Of a stretch of 64,000 nt of DNA, positions 54,401 to 64,000 are shown piece by piece. The stretch comes from Takakia lepidozioides (taxonomy: Eukaryota; Plantae; Bryophyta). A program made the translations under genes and the position numbers. Every line of letters starts with the position of its first letter. Position 1 is the first letter of the stretch. The stretch lies in NCBI GenBank assembly GCA_030704615.1, contig CM060731.1, positions 46,810,001-46,874,000 of the forward strand. The letters are read 5' to 3'. The notes beneath the pieces are model-generated. The model was not told the DNA's origin. It worked only from the letters and a program-made list of their open reading frames with translations, and did no database searches.

Positions 54401-56521
54401 CAGATGGAAGGACTGACCAAGATGGTTCGAAGCGGCAGACTGCACAACTCAGCTCTGACCGCACAGTTCAGACTGCACGACCTGACCAGCACACTGCACA
54501 CTTCACAGAGGGAAGGACTGATGACCAACCTGCCACCGAGCACATTGCCCACATTGAGGAAGAGACTAAACCGCAGAGTTGCCAGCAGACTGCACAGTTC
54601 ACAGACGAAAGGACTGACAAAGAACCGGCGGCCAAGCAGACTGCCCACATTGAGCAACAGACTGAACATGCTGGCAGGCACACTGACAAGGAACCACATG
54701 TGGCGCAGACACCGTCTGGTATAGCGCTGGATTACATGGAGTCTGCTCCCTCACCCCTTGGGCAGGTTGTGCCATTTCCTCTTTCAGCACTGTTGTTTAT
54801 GTTTTAGCACATTGTGAAATTGGGCTAATTCAACATTTTGCTCGGTATCCTCACAGGATGTTCGTCCCTTCGTCGGCAGACTGTCTACTTCTGAGGACAT
54901 GACATCTTCCGCCCATGCTGCAAATGTGGGATCGACAACCAAGAAAGGTGTGGGGGTGAGCACGCCCCCCGATGCGCGGGTCAATTCTACGCATGCGACC
55001 CACGAAGCTGCAAAGACAGGTCCAGCAAGTGTAAACAAACCTGCTGACCAGCCTCTGTTGCGAAGTAGGGCGGCAGTGCTGCGTTTGACTGCTCTATCCA
55101 GCCCGCCTACAGCTGTCCCTGCTTCCCAGGGGAGAGGCAAAGCCAAGAAGCGGACTGTCGTGGACCATGTTGAGGAGGTCGAGGAGGGTCCGAGTACCAA
55201 GAGACCGGCGAAGAAAAAGTCGGGCGTCTTTATGAACAAGAACCGCAAACTGGCCTTGGACATGGACAAAGATGTGGGTCGTTTCCTAGAGCAGCACAGG
55301 TGAGTACTGTGCTCAGTCTCCTCGTCTGTCTTTGTCGTAAGTGTTTTGCGCTCTGTTGTGGTCAGTCTGCTGCTAGTTTCATCATTGTCTGTTGTGGTTA
55401 GTCTTGTCAGTCTGATGAATTGTTCAGCCTGTAGAGTATTTGGTACCATGTTGACGTCAGTCTGTTCAATACATGAGGCTTCCCGAAGGATGGTCTGATC
55501 TGTGCAGGATGGGTGCTCGGTTTGGCAAAGCACATGCTCTCCACGTGAAGGCGGGTAATTCCATGCTGATGTTTTTTGAAGGGGACCCACGGTTTGAATG
55601 CGGACTGTCGCCGGATGACATAAATGGCGCTCCAGAAGGTTGAGTTGGAGTGCACAGATAGACTCCTGGAGCTGTGGTGTCGATTCTTGAGAAGTCGGTT
55701 GAGGTTGCATTCACCAACACTATTGTTGTTCTTCCAACGTCGACGTGGACGGTGTTGAAGTCATTGGGGGTGGGGCAACATGAAAGCCTTCTAGAGGTCT
55801 TGAAAGGTTGCCTCAGCATTGAATGACTGGGCAAGGACTTGAAAGAATGCGATTTCATTTTGGTGCCAATTGGGGACGAGTAAGAACTCTTCGGAGAATG
55901 CTGAGACTATCTCCTGAGTCATAGTCTGGTTTCGCAGTGTCGTCTTGACTCTGAGCGATTAAGTTGACCTCTGTATTTGTGCAGTGGATTGGGTTTGAAG
56001 ATTGAGTCTGCTGAGTGGTCGGTCTGCTGAGTGTCAGTCTGCTGAGTCTGCCCATCATGATTGTGCAATGACGCCATATTGTTTGATACCATTGCAGGGG
56101 GCACTGGAGTGTTTGTATCATCGACCTCTGCAAGGGCTGTTACACTCACCTGAACTCTATCAGGGACTCGCATAAATGTCCATTTATTCTAGGGTGGATT
56201 CGGAAGCTTCATGCTGAGTGCTTAGGGTACTCGATGGACTCACCAGAGTGGCATGAGATTGTCCAAGCATTTCAGTTCCACGCGCCTGATGTGCCCCAGC
56301 AACCATTTAGCTGGGAGTGTGGCTTTTACGTCATGTCATTCATTCAAGTGTTTTATAAGTGGGTAAAAGTCAGAGCAAATGTCTCCAAGACTGCAAAGCC
56401 AGAGAGAGGAACACCTTTCACGAAGGACTGGTTTACTTTCAAGTTTGCACTTGGGCAGCGAATGCAGTGTGCCCAGTATATCGTGCGGGGGTTGGACAAT
56501 GTAGAGAAACTGCTCTCATGA
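51424..56521 (+). pseudogene. MULE cargo gene: N-terminal CxxC..HC zinc-finger-like region, Q/T-rich repeats and C-terminal Ulp1-like (C48) cysteine protease; disrupted
   Basis: CPFCEEVIKDKIQLNRHC and many QQT repeats (53400-54720). The spliced sequence reads DFILVPIGDE|GHWSVCIIDL..THLNSI..VPQQPFSWECGFYV (exon 56098-56521). Several in-frame TAG/TGA stops and frameshifts. Exon structure only partly resolved. Confidence 0.72.
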
Positions 56522-57162
56522 GTATGATGTACTTGTCCTGTGAAGTCTATGTACCGAAATAAAAAATGCGAGTCTTTTCGCTTACTATTCCAGTGGTGAT
56601 GAGCACTTTTGTGTACTGTGGGTCCTAGCATGTTTTGTAATGTTGTCACTAAACTCAATGGACACAATGGTGTCAATTTTTCCATGCATTGTGCACCCGA
56701 GTCTACTGAGCTTGAATGTGCGAGCAGTACGCTGCCGAGGCTAGGACTGGTGGGTCTGGTACCTAGTCTGGTAGGCACCATGTCCATGAGTCCGCTGGGA
56801 CGCTGGATTGGCATGAGTCGTTAGGGAGGTAGTCCACTGGAGCCTGTCCATTTTGAGTCTGCTGTTGTGGATGAGTCTGCTTGAGACTTAGTCTGTCCAG
56901 CAGTCTGCTGGAAGAGTTGCAGGGATGAGGTGGAAGTGTGGTGAGCAGACTTTTGGAGTGGGTAGCAGACTGACCAGCAGACTGGCTTACTGGCGCTCGC
57001 AGTCTGTTGACTGTGACTCTGTTGGGAGACTGTGCGTGAGTCCGTTGGGAGACTATGCTTGGGAGACTGTGTGGGAGTCAGTTGGGAGATTGGAGGAGTC
57101 CATTGGGAGACTGTGTATTAGTCCATTGCGGACTTGTATTTCAGAAAAGGACAATGCTACCA

Positions 57163-57351
57163 GAGGAATTGCAGACTTATATTGTCTTCTTCGTGACACC
57201 TACACGACGTGAAACCTTGTCTCTTTTCGAGGAATTGCAGACTTATATTGTCTTCTCCGTGACACCTACACGACGTGAAACCTTGTCTCTTTTCGAGGCA
57301 TTGCAGACTTATATTATCTTCTTTGTGACATCTACACGACCTGAAACCTTG
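57163..57351. repeat. 66-bp tandem repeat x~2.9 at the transposase 3' end
   Basis: GAGG(A/C)ATTGCAGACTTATATT(G/A)TCTTC at 57163, 57229 and 57295. Confidence 0.9.
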
Positions 57352-59844
57352 CGAATTTTTGAGTATATATGTGCTGCAGGTGCAGGTGCAGACACCCTCT
57401 TGCTGGTTCTCCGCAAAACCCTAGGTCGGGTTTTCCAGGCCTCCACGAAATGTCGTCTCCTTTTCAGAGACATGTTGTTGTTGTCGTTCAGAGGACGGAA
57501 AGCCTTCGCTGCCGCAGGGTGCAACATTCCAGCCGCACTTTTCGCTAGGATATCAACGAGCTGCCCTCTGCACATATGAAGAGCAGATCGGGCATGTGCC
57601 TCCAGGTATTTGTCATCACCTACAATGTGAAGTATGTCCGCGAATTCTTGTTCCATTGAGGCTGAGACCTCCAGAGGTGCCTCGTCGTAGGGGAAGTCGT
57701 CCGGAGGATGTCTTTCCATGAACTGATTGGATTCGTCGTTGCCACTGGCACCATTGCCCAAGAGCAAGTTAGGTAATCCTCCATGAATGGTTCCCAGCGC
57801 CGTGCCACAAGCGCGCACAAGGAGGCCATCCTGCAGGTCAGGGTGAAGCATCTTCAGGACACGGACCTGATGCTTGCATAAGTTTCCCTTCATTGCCCAT
57901 GGGCACGTGCAACAACCCCAATCGCAATCAGGATTGTAAACAATGTATGTTGTGTCGGGGTGGTTGCTGCTGAGAACGTAGGCTGGTTCACCAGGACCCA
58001 AGGGAAGAAAAACACTCTCAGCAGGAATGTCTCGTGCGCAAGTATAGAACTAGATATGTACTTTTCGTGTTTGTCATTTCTTATGAACCCGTGGGTCTTC
58101 AAATGGATTGCGTACCAGTAGTGTGTTAGCACATGGCCAGTGAGTTCCCATATAAGCTAGTCCACTCTACGACCACTCATCTTGCCTTTCCCCATGGCAA
58201 GTCTTGCCTTCAGATTTCCATGGTATGCCTCAATGCTTGCGTTTGTGTCTTGGCTCGCATGAGGGACATGGCGGGCTGTTGTACACCACATTGCTATTTT
58301 GGGCTTCCCGTACTGTTCGATATAGTCAAGAAATTCATGTCCTTTCGGGTATTTTGACCTCATACGACGGATTCTCCTTGCCATCCACCGAAGCACTCTT
58401 TTCTCGTTGCATGGTCCCCCTCTACAGTACATGAGGTCTCTCATATCCTTCAACAAGTTTACAGCGGTCACCGGATCCTTCGTTTTCTTGCATGATTGCT
58501 TCTCCCATGCCTTGCGGACATGCCAAAGGCAGAGGAAAATGAGTACTCCTTCAAAAACAATTCTGCACAACACACATGGTACACATTAGAGTCTTAGGAT
58601 CGGACTGCAATGGTGGACTGCCGGAGTGGACTGTAACAGCGATCTGTATCAGCGGGCAGAGCCACTGGACTCGCCCAGTGGACAGTACAATGCCATGACG
58701 TTGATGTACTGGAATAACCCCATTGGACTACCCAGTGGACTTCCCCATTGGACTTCCCCTAGCTAGGACTGGGGCAGCGGACTGCATCAGTGGACTGCCC
58801 CATTGGATTGCCACAGCGGACTGCCAAGCGGACTTGCCAGGGACTGCCGAGTGGACTTGGCAGCGGACGGCCGACCCCAAGGACTGCTAAGTGGACTTGG
58901 CAGCGGACTACCAGTGGATTTGCCCAGCGAACTGCCATCGGGTTTCACCACAGGAGTCTGTCAGTGGACTGTACCAATGGACTGCTGTAGTGGACCTCGA
59001 CAATGGACCGGTGCTGTGGACCAACAGACTTACCGAATAGCGTTGATTTCTGCTTCGGCATCGTCCACAATGAAGGCATTGGGTCGTCAGCTCGGCAAAT
59101 CTGCGAGAAGTGAATCGCGCAAGGCTCTCATCCACGGAACCAGGTCTCTTGTCCGATTCCTTGCGGATAGGATATAGGCAACTGGTATACCGTTCAACCA
59201 CTCGTCGAAGACCATCAACGTGTACAATGGGAACTGTTGGAATGCACAATGTAAGATGGTCAGAGCATGCAAATTCTGCTCAATTCTGCATGCGAAGACT
59301 TCATAAGAGTGATGAGGTCTGCAGCGGTTCACAATGGGTCTACCCCTCGGTCTTCCGCAACGTACACATGAAAACATACAGAAAGGGTCAGCACACCAAA
59401 TTTTATGTGAATGTTGCATGGTACTATGCTATCATGCTCGTACAAGTCCATGGAATCGTTCGAATAGTACCTTGTCATGATTTGTCCCAAAGGTTGCATC
59501 ACATGCAACGATACGGTCATGTCCTAGTTCCAGCATTCGTCGTTTCTGCCACGGAGTCTGTATGCCAATAGTGAATGTCAAATCTCCATCAAAATGCTCG
59601 AATGTTGGCTCTAATTTCTCCTCTTGATAGAAAAAAACAGACGCAGGATTCTGGTCTTTCCACATGCGCACACTCTCTGCATCATCGGCGTGCTTTTTGA
59701 AGGTTTGCCACGCACGTTTCTCGGCAAGGTTGCAAACATCTTGCTCCAACAAGAAATCATCGCGGGTCCATGCATCGCCCAAGCCGGTGTTGTTCATCAC
59801 GTGCTCTTTATGCTCCATCATGATTTGGGCGACCGACAGGCCTC
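57309..59844 (-). pseudogene. MULE DDE transposase with C-terminal SWIM zinc finger (5'-truncated, premature stops)
   Basis: CDATFGTN (D), FIVDDAEAE (D), LCLWHVRKAW, NASIEAYHGNLK (E) and SWIM CTCPWAMKGNLCKH. Stops at 59087 and 58157, plus a frameshift near 58010. Confidence 0.88.
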
Positions 59845-60143
59845 ATTATTATTTAGCAGTGTTTCTCATCATACCTCGTATTGGGGCTTTTCGGCAATTA
59901 GATTTTTAGCTCCCCTATCATTTCTGCCGTCCTTTGGAGGTCCTCCTCATGGTCTCCTGCCTCTTTCAGCGTTCGCTGGCCTTGTTGTCTCTCTTAGGTT
60001 CGCGCTTGCCTTCTATGGTGTGTTAGTTCTTCATCAGTTTCTCTTTTTCCCCCTCTTATTAATGAAATGACGACTCGGGCCTAGCCGGATTCGGAGTTCG
60101 GAGTCCCTCCCCTCTTCTCTAAAAAAAAAAGAAGGAAAAAAAG
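59845..60143 (+). mobile_element. 3' end of a LINE-like retroposon with A-rich tail
   Basis: Pyrimidine-rich 3'UTR-like tract ending in AAAAAAAAAAGAAGGAAAAAAA. It begins exactly where MULE homology stops. Confidence 0.5.
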
Positions 60144-60662
60144 GAACTATTGTAAAATTAATGGTGGATTCCTTATGGTGTAACTCGGAAGATAATAGGA
60201 ATAATGTAAGAACTTAATGCACACGTGCAACCTTTGACAGGATGGTACGCCAGTTTCCAGCATGTCAAATCTTCCCCACCCTCTCTTTTAGAGTGACATG
60301 GAACTGAAGGAGTGTCAACCCCAGTCGGGGTTACATTGGGTTCGATGAGGTGTGTAACTCCACTCGGGGTTACACCAAATGGAGTGTAACTCCACTCGGT
60401 GTAACTCACACTTGATCTCGAAATTTGATAAGTCCAAATTTTGGCTAAGTATAAAATGGACTAACCAGAGTTACATAAGAAACCAGGGTTACAGAGGGTT
60501 ACCTGCAATGCTATCATCTTACCATCAAGATTGGGTTCTTAAGTATTTAATAGTGAAACCAAGGTAAGAGGGGGGGGGGAGGATTTGACAGGGGCCGCGC
60601 CGGAGGAGCCCAGGCTGTCGGAATTCGGCGAAAGTACCTCAGATCACACGCGTCCATTAAGG

Positions 60663-61200
60663 TTTTTTTTTTTTTTTTTTTTTTTTTGGGAACAGGGGAA
60701 CAGAGGCCCTGGCCAAGTTTATTAAAAAGAGGAAAACAAAAGACCGGACAGGAAGATGGAAGCTGAGGAAGACGAGCTCCGCATTTTGCGGTGAGGGCAT
60801 CGGCTTCGCAGGCAGCCTCCGAGACTCCATCGCCAAAAGCTTACGACCTCAAACAACCTCGTCCTGGTCACCTTCCGTGCACCATTGCATCATTCTGTTC
60901 ATCATTATCCCAAACCTCACACTGGATAGCTTCCCCAAATTGCTACTTTTGAATCATCTTCCAGATGAACTCGTCCTTATTCATCCTTGCGGCATGCGTG
61001 GAAGTCACAACTCTTAACTTCCCTTAAAGCTCTGCCGCCAAGCCCCCAAGAACCCATATTACATCTCCTGGAAAAGCCCCCATCTTCCAATCACTGAAAG
61101 GCGCTTGCCATCCAAGTAATGATCCCCGACAACAAACTGGCTTTAGCCACCACACTACAGCCACCCTCACTAATCAAACCGATGTCTCCCCGGTTGCTCC
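60663..61200 (-). mobile_element. LINE-like 3' end with poly(A) tail and AATAAA
   Basis: T25 run at 60663-60687, TTTATT at ~60718, and a degraded Trp-rich reading frame upstream on -. Confidence 0.5.
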
Positions 61201-61445
61201 CACCGCTATACTGATCAGCACCACGCTTGGCGGATCTTCGCTCCGTCTTAGCTCCATCTTAGCTCCATCTTCGTTATCACCCTCACTTCAGCTGCTGATC
61301 AACATTGCTTCAGCCATCCCTGCTTTAGACTGTTATTCTAGTGCTAGTAACTCTATCTATTCAGTCTCTAATTCTCTCTCCCCCGTCTCGCTCATCGCTT
61401 ATTACTCTCCATCTCTCTTTCAGCTTCCCAGGTCCCAACCTTTCC

Positions 61446-62732
61446 ATGGCTCCCTTCTTCAAGGCCTCCAACTCTTCATCCTCTCGTTCTCGAATCCCCA
61501 GGTTTACAGATCCTCGTCACCTTCACCCCTCGATAGGTACAGGCTTTTACATGGCTCATCAAATCCACTCTATGGGCCTCAACACACAAAGGCTCTCCCT
61601 GGTTCCTCGAAACACCTTCCCCACCTCCCAGGACTTCAGTGATCCGCCCTCGAATTGCGCCCCCGTGGTAGGGCCATCCTCGATCCCAGCTGCCTCCCCA
61701 GACAACCAAGCAATAATCGAGGAAGAATCTCTTTGCGACTCAGACGCCCTGAAGATAGCAATCAGAAAAGATCACCCGATGGTACCCGTTGAGCTTGCCA
61801 ATGTGGAGTCAAACGTTAACCACATTGAAAGTAATGGAGTTCTTCTTCACTTTCTTGGTAAAAAGGTAGATAGGAACCAAGCGCGCGACCGGGCTATAAG
61901 GCATCTGGGAGGTTCCGGGCATTTGAATCATCACTTCTGCCATGCACAAGGTCGTGGATTCTACTCCATTCTATTTGACACCGAGGAAATGGCAGACAAG
62001 GCCAGGGCATTCAACCCACATCTACATGGTTTCAACGTGAACATTTTTCCCTGGTCAAAATGCATGGGAAACAAGAACGGTGAGATTTGGAGCCCACGGA
62101 TAATTGCTTTGCCATACATTCCGGATCAGTACTTATTTTGCCTTTCAGAGATTGGGAACTTTTTTGGAGCCTTTTTGGGTTGTCTTGGTGTTTTTGACCC
62201 CAAGATGTGCACAGCCTCATTAAGGGAGAACTCGGCATGGAGGAGGGCCACAATTGCATCTAGGGAAAATGAAAATGGTTTTTCAAAAATCGTGGTCATG
62301 ATGCCAAAAGATAAGGTCTTACCAGAATTCATCAAACTCCCAATCGACAACCAGGGCAACTACTTTTCAATTAAAGTGTCCGAGAACACAACAGCCGCAA
62401 CCTGCTTTTATTGTGGGATGTCAAGACACATCAGAGCAGATTGCCCAAAAGCAAAAAGGAAGAGAACAACCTACAACAACTCGATGCCTGCTGACTCTTT
62501 CATTATTCAAGATAGGGCTCCAGCTTCTGATCCACACTTGGAGGTACCTCCTACTAGTGCCCCCATTCGGGAGAATGCCATCCCAATCCCAATCCCAATC
62601 CCCTTCTCTTTTGGACAACTCGAGGATTCTGCTGTCAAACAAATCTCTCCCTCACCACCGGCAAAGAGGAGGAGGGAGACTCTGGACCCCATGATCTTCG
62701 AAGCAACTACGACTACCACATCCACATTCTAG
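61446..62732 (+). CDS. L1-like LINE ORF1 (DUF4283/RRM-like region plus CCHC zinc knuckle)
   Basis: GRGFYSILFDTEE, VNIFPW, LPYIPDQY..LSEIGNFFG and the knuckle CFYCGMSRHIRADC. The first ATG at ~61446 lies within ORF 61341-62732. Confidence 0.75.
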   Translation: MAPFFKASNSSSSRSRIPRFTDPRHLHPSIGTGFYMAHQIHSMGLNTQRLSLVPRNTFPTSQDFSDPPSNCAPVVGPSSIPAASPDNQAIIEEESLCDSDALKIAIRKDHPMVPVELANVESNVNHIESNGVLLHFLGKKVDRNQARDRAIRHLGGSGHLNHHFCHAQGRGFYSILFDTEEMADKARAFNPHLHGFNVNIFPWSKCMGNKNGEIWSPRIIALPYIPDQYLFCLSEIGNFFGAFLGCLGVFDPKMCTASLRENSAWRRATIASRENENGFSKIVVMMPKDKVLPEFIKLPIDNQGNYFSIKVSENTTAATCFYCGMSRHIRADCPKAKRKRTTYNNSMPADSFIIQDRAPASDPHLEVPPTSAPIRENAIPIPIPIPFSFGQLEDSAVKQISPSPPAKRRRETLDPMIFEATTTTTSTF

Positions 62733-64000
62733 AAAAATAAGGGAGCACTCGTCAGGGAATTCGCTTCCGCAAGCATCCAAGGCTCATCAGGTGGGAGATG
62801 GAGCAGGAAAAGAATAGAGGAAAAGCCTGCCCCAACATCCTGAAGAGGCCCCCATTGCAGCAAGCTTCCACTCCACCTCCCCGTCCATCTCCCATCGCGC
62901 ACAACCCGACTATTGCCAAAATATGCGGGAAACTCTGTTCCCTCCCTTCGCTGTATCTCAAAGGATGCTCTCAACTAACCTCCAATTCTGATCCAGTGGC
63001 CACCTGCCTGACCCCTATGATCTTCCGTAGGAAACCATTTCCTGCATTTCATGTCATTGCCAGGGACAAAATGAGTTTTTCGACTCTATCTGGATAACTG
63101 TACAGGATATCCAATCATTTGTTACCAAAAGCCCTATGGACAGTGGCCCCATACCAACATTGTGTGCCAAATTGCAGGCCTACCTTCGCTCCCACCTCCC
63201 CCCCTACTCTCTTACATCTTCATCGGCAGTTATTTGGGGAGCCTATGTGGAGGCTTTCCCCCGCCTTCGCCAAGACCTCTCTCCCAACACCAACATTTTG
63301 GCCCTAATTGATGAAGAATCACTCTTTAGCAATAGCACCATGCTTCTAGGTGTTTGGGCGGATCCAGACCACTTCCATGGCCCATGCGCTCCAAGTAAGG
63401 CCCTTATCAGGGCAACGGACACTCTCATCAATGCTTTCACGATTCTACATGCAATTCTGGAAAATGAGGTGGACGAACAAAACGAGGAAATTGAAAGACA
63501 GTGGATGGTGGACTGCATCAACCCGACCTACTCCCCGTTTGGCTCCCTCTCCATATCAAGCTCCTCAGATTGGCAAGTGTCTCAATTCTCACTCAGCAAT
63601 CGCCTATAACTTCCCAGCAGCCCTTCGAATCGACTAGTCCTCTTTGCCCAACTCAAGCCATGCTGCCCTCCCCAACGCCTACGCCTGCCCCTTCACCTCC
63701 CATCCCTGTAAGTCCACCTCCACTCTCCCCTTCAATTCCAATTCTCATCGTCTCTGTTTTTCCGGAGTCAAAAAACAAGTATAGAATTATATGTCTAAGG
63801 AACAACACCTCCTCTCTACCCGTCTTAAAGAAATACTGGAAGATTCTACCCTCTGTAGGCTACCCTCCTTCCCAAGCTGGCCTCTCCTCCATCCTTGGGT
63901 TGGATAACGTTCCTCTCGCCACCCCTGTCTCGTTCCAATCTCTATTCCAGAACTCTGCAAGATTCATTCCACTTGACGATTCTGGAAACCCACTCCATGG

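Larger units (their letters stand above)
49352..59844 (-). mobile_element. MULE copy 2: left TIR, cargo Zn-finger/Ulp1 gene (+) and convergent transposase (-), truncated at the right
   Basis: TIR at 49352-49683. Transposase homology to copy 1 stops at GACAGGCCTC (59844), where a poly(A)-tailed sequence begins. Confidence 0.85.

Noticed and set aside
54784-55710. 308-aa - strand ORF
   Set aside because: Antisense to the MULE cargo gene exons and introns.
57309-59844. In-frame TGA/TAG as recoding or RNA-editing sites
   Set aside because: Nuclear TE with accompanying frameshifts. Copy 1 has TGG at the 59087-equivalent codon, so decay is the simpler explanation.

Overview
Eukaryotic nuclear DNA from a land plant, probably a non-seed plant such as a bryophyte, hornwort or lycophyte (inferred from a nuclear DUF3172 gene and the compact GT-AG introns). 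A ~46 kb host-gene island holds four genes: an intronless BTB/POZ gene (+), a 33-exon ferredoxin-dependent glutamate synthase (Fd-GOGAT, -, ~1657 aa), a plastid-type DUF3172 gene (-) and NAC alpha (-). The island is bracketed by two same-orientation, defective copies of one Mutator-like (MULE) family. The right end of copy 1 lies at 676-3083 and the left ~10.5 kb of copy 2 at 49352-59844. Together they reconstruct an element with ~340-bp TIRs, a DDE/SWIM transposase resembling the domesticated plant At4g13970/At1g60560-type proteins, a convergent cargo gene (Zn-finger, Q/T repeats, Ulp1-like C48 protease) and dense (G/A)GACT motif arrays. Downstream of GOGAT lie three decayed genomic copies of its 3' part, one ending ~25 bp before the BTB start codon, and a ~690-bp tandem array interrupted by a ~1.1-kb foldback. 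GOGAT introns hold a deleted Copia element with asymmetric ends and seven 5'-truncated non-LTR retroelement tails associated with (CT)n. LRR-receptor pseudogene fragments, a possible Harbinger relic, LINE tails and an L1-like ORF1 complete the window. All homology calls are from motif recognition by eye, not database searches.
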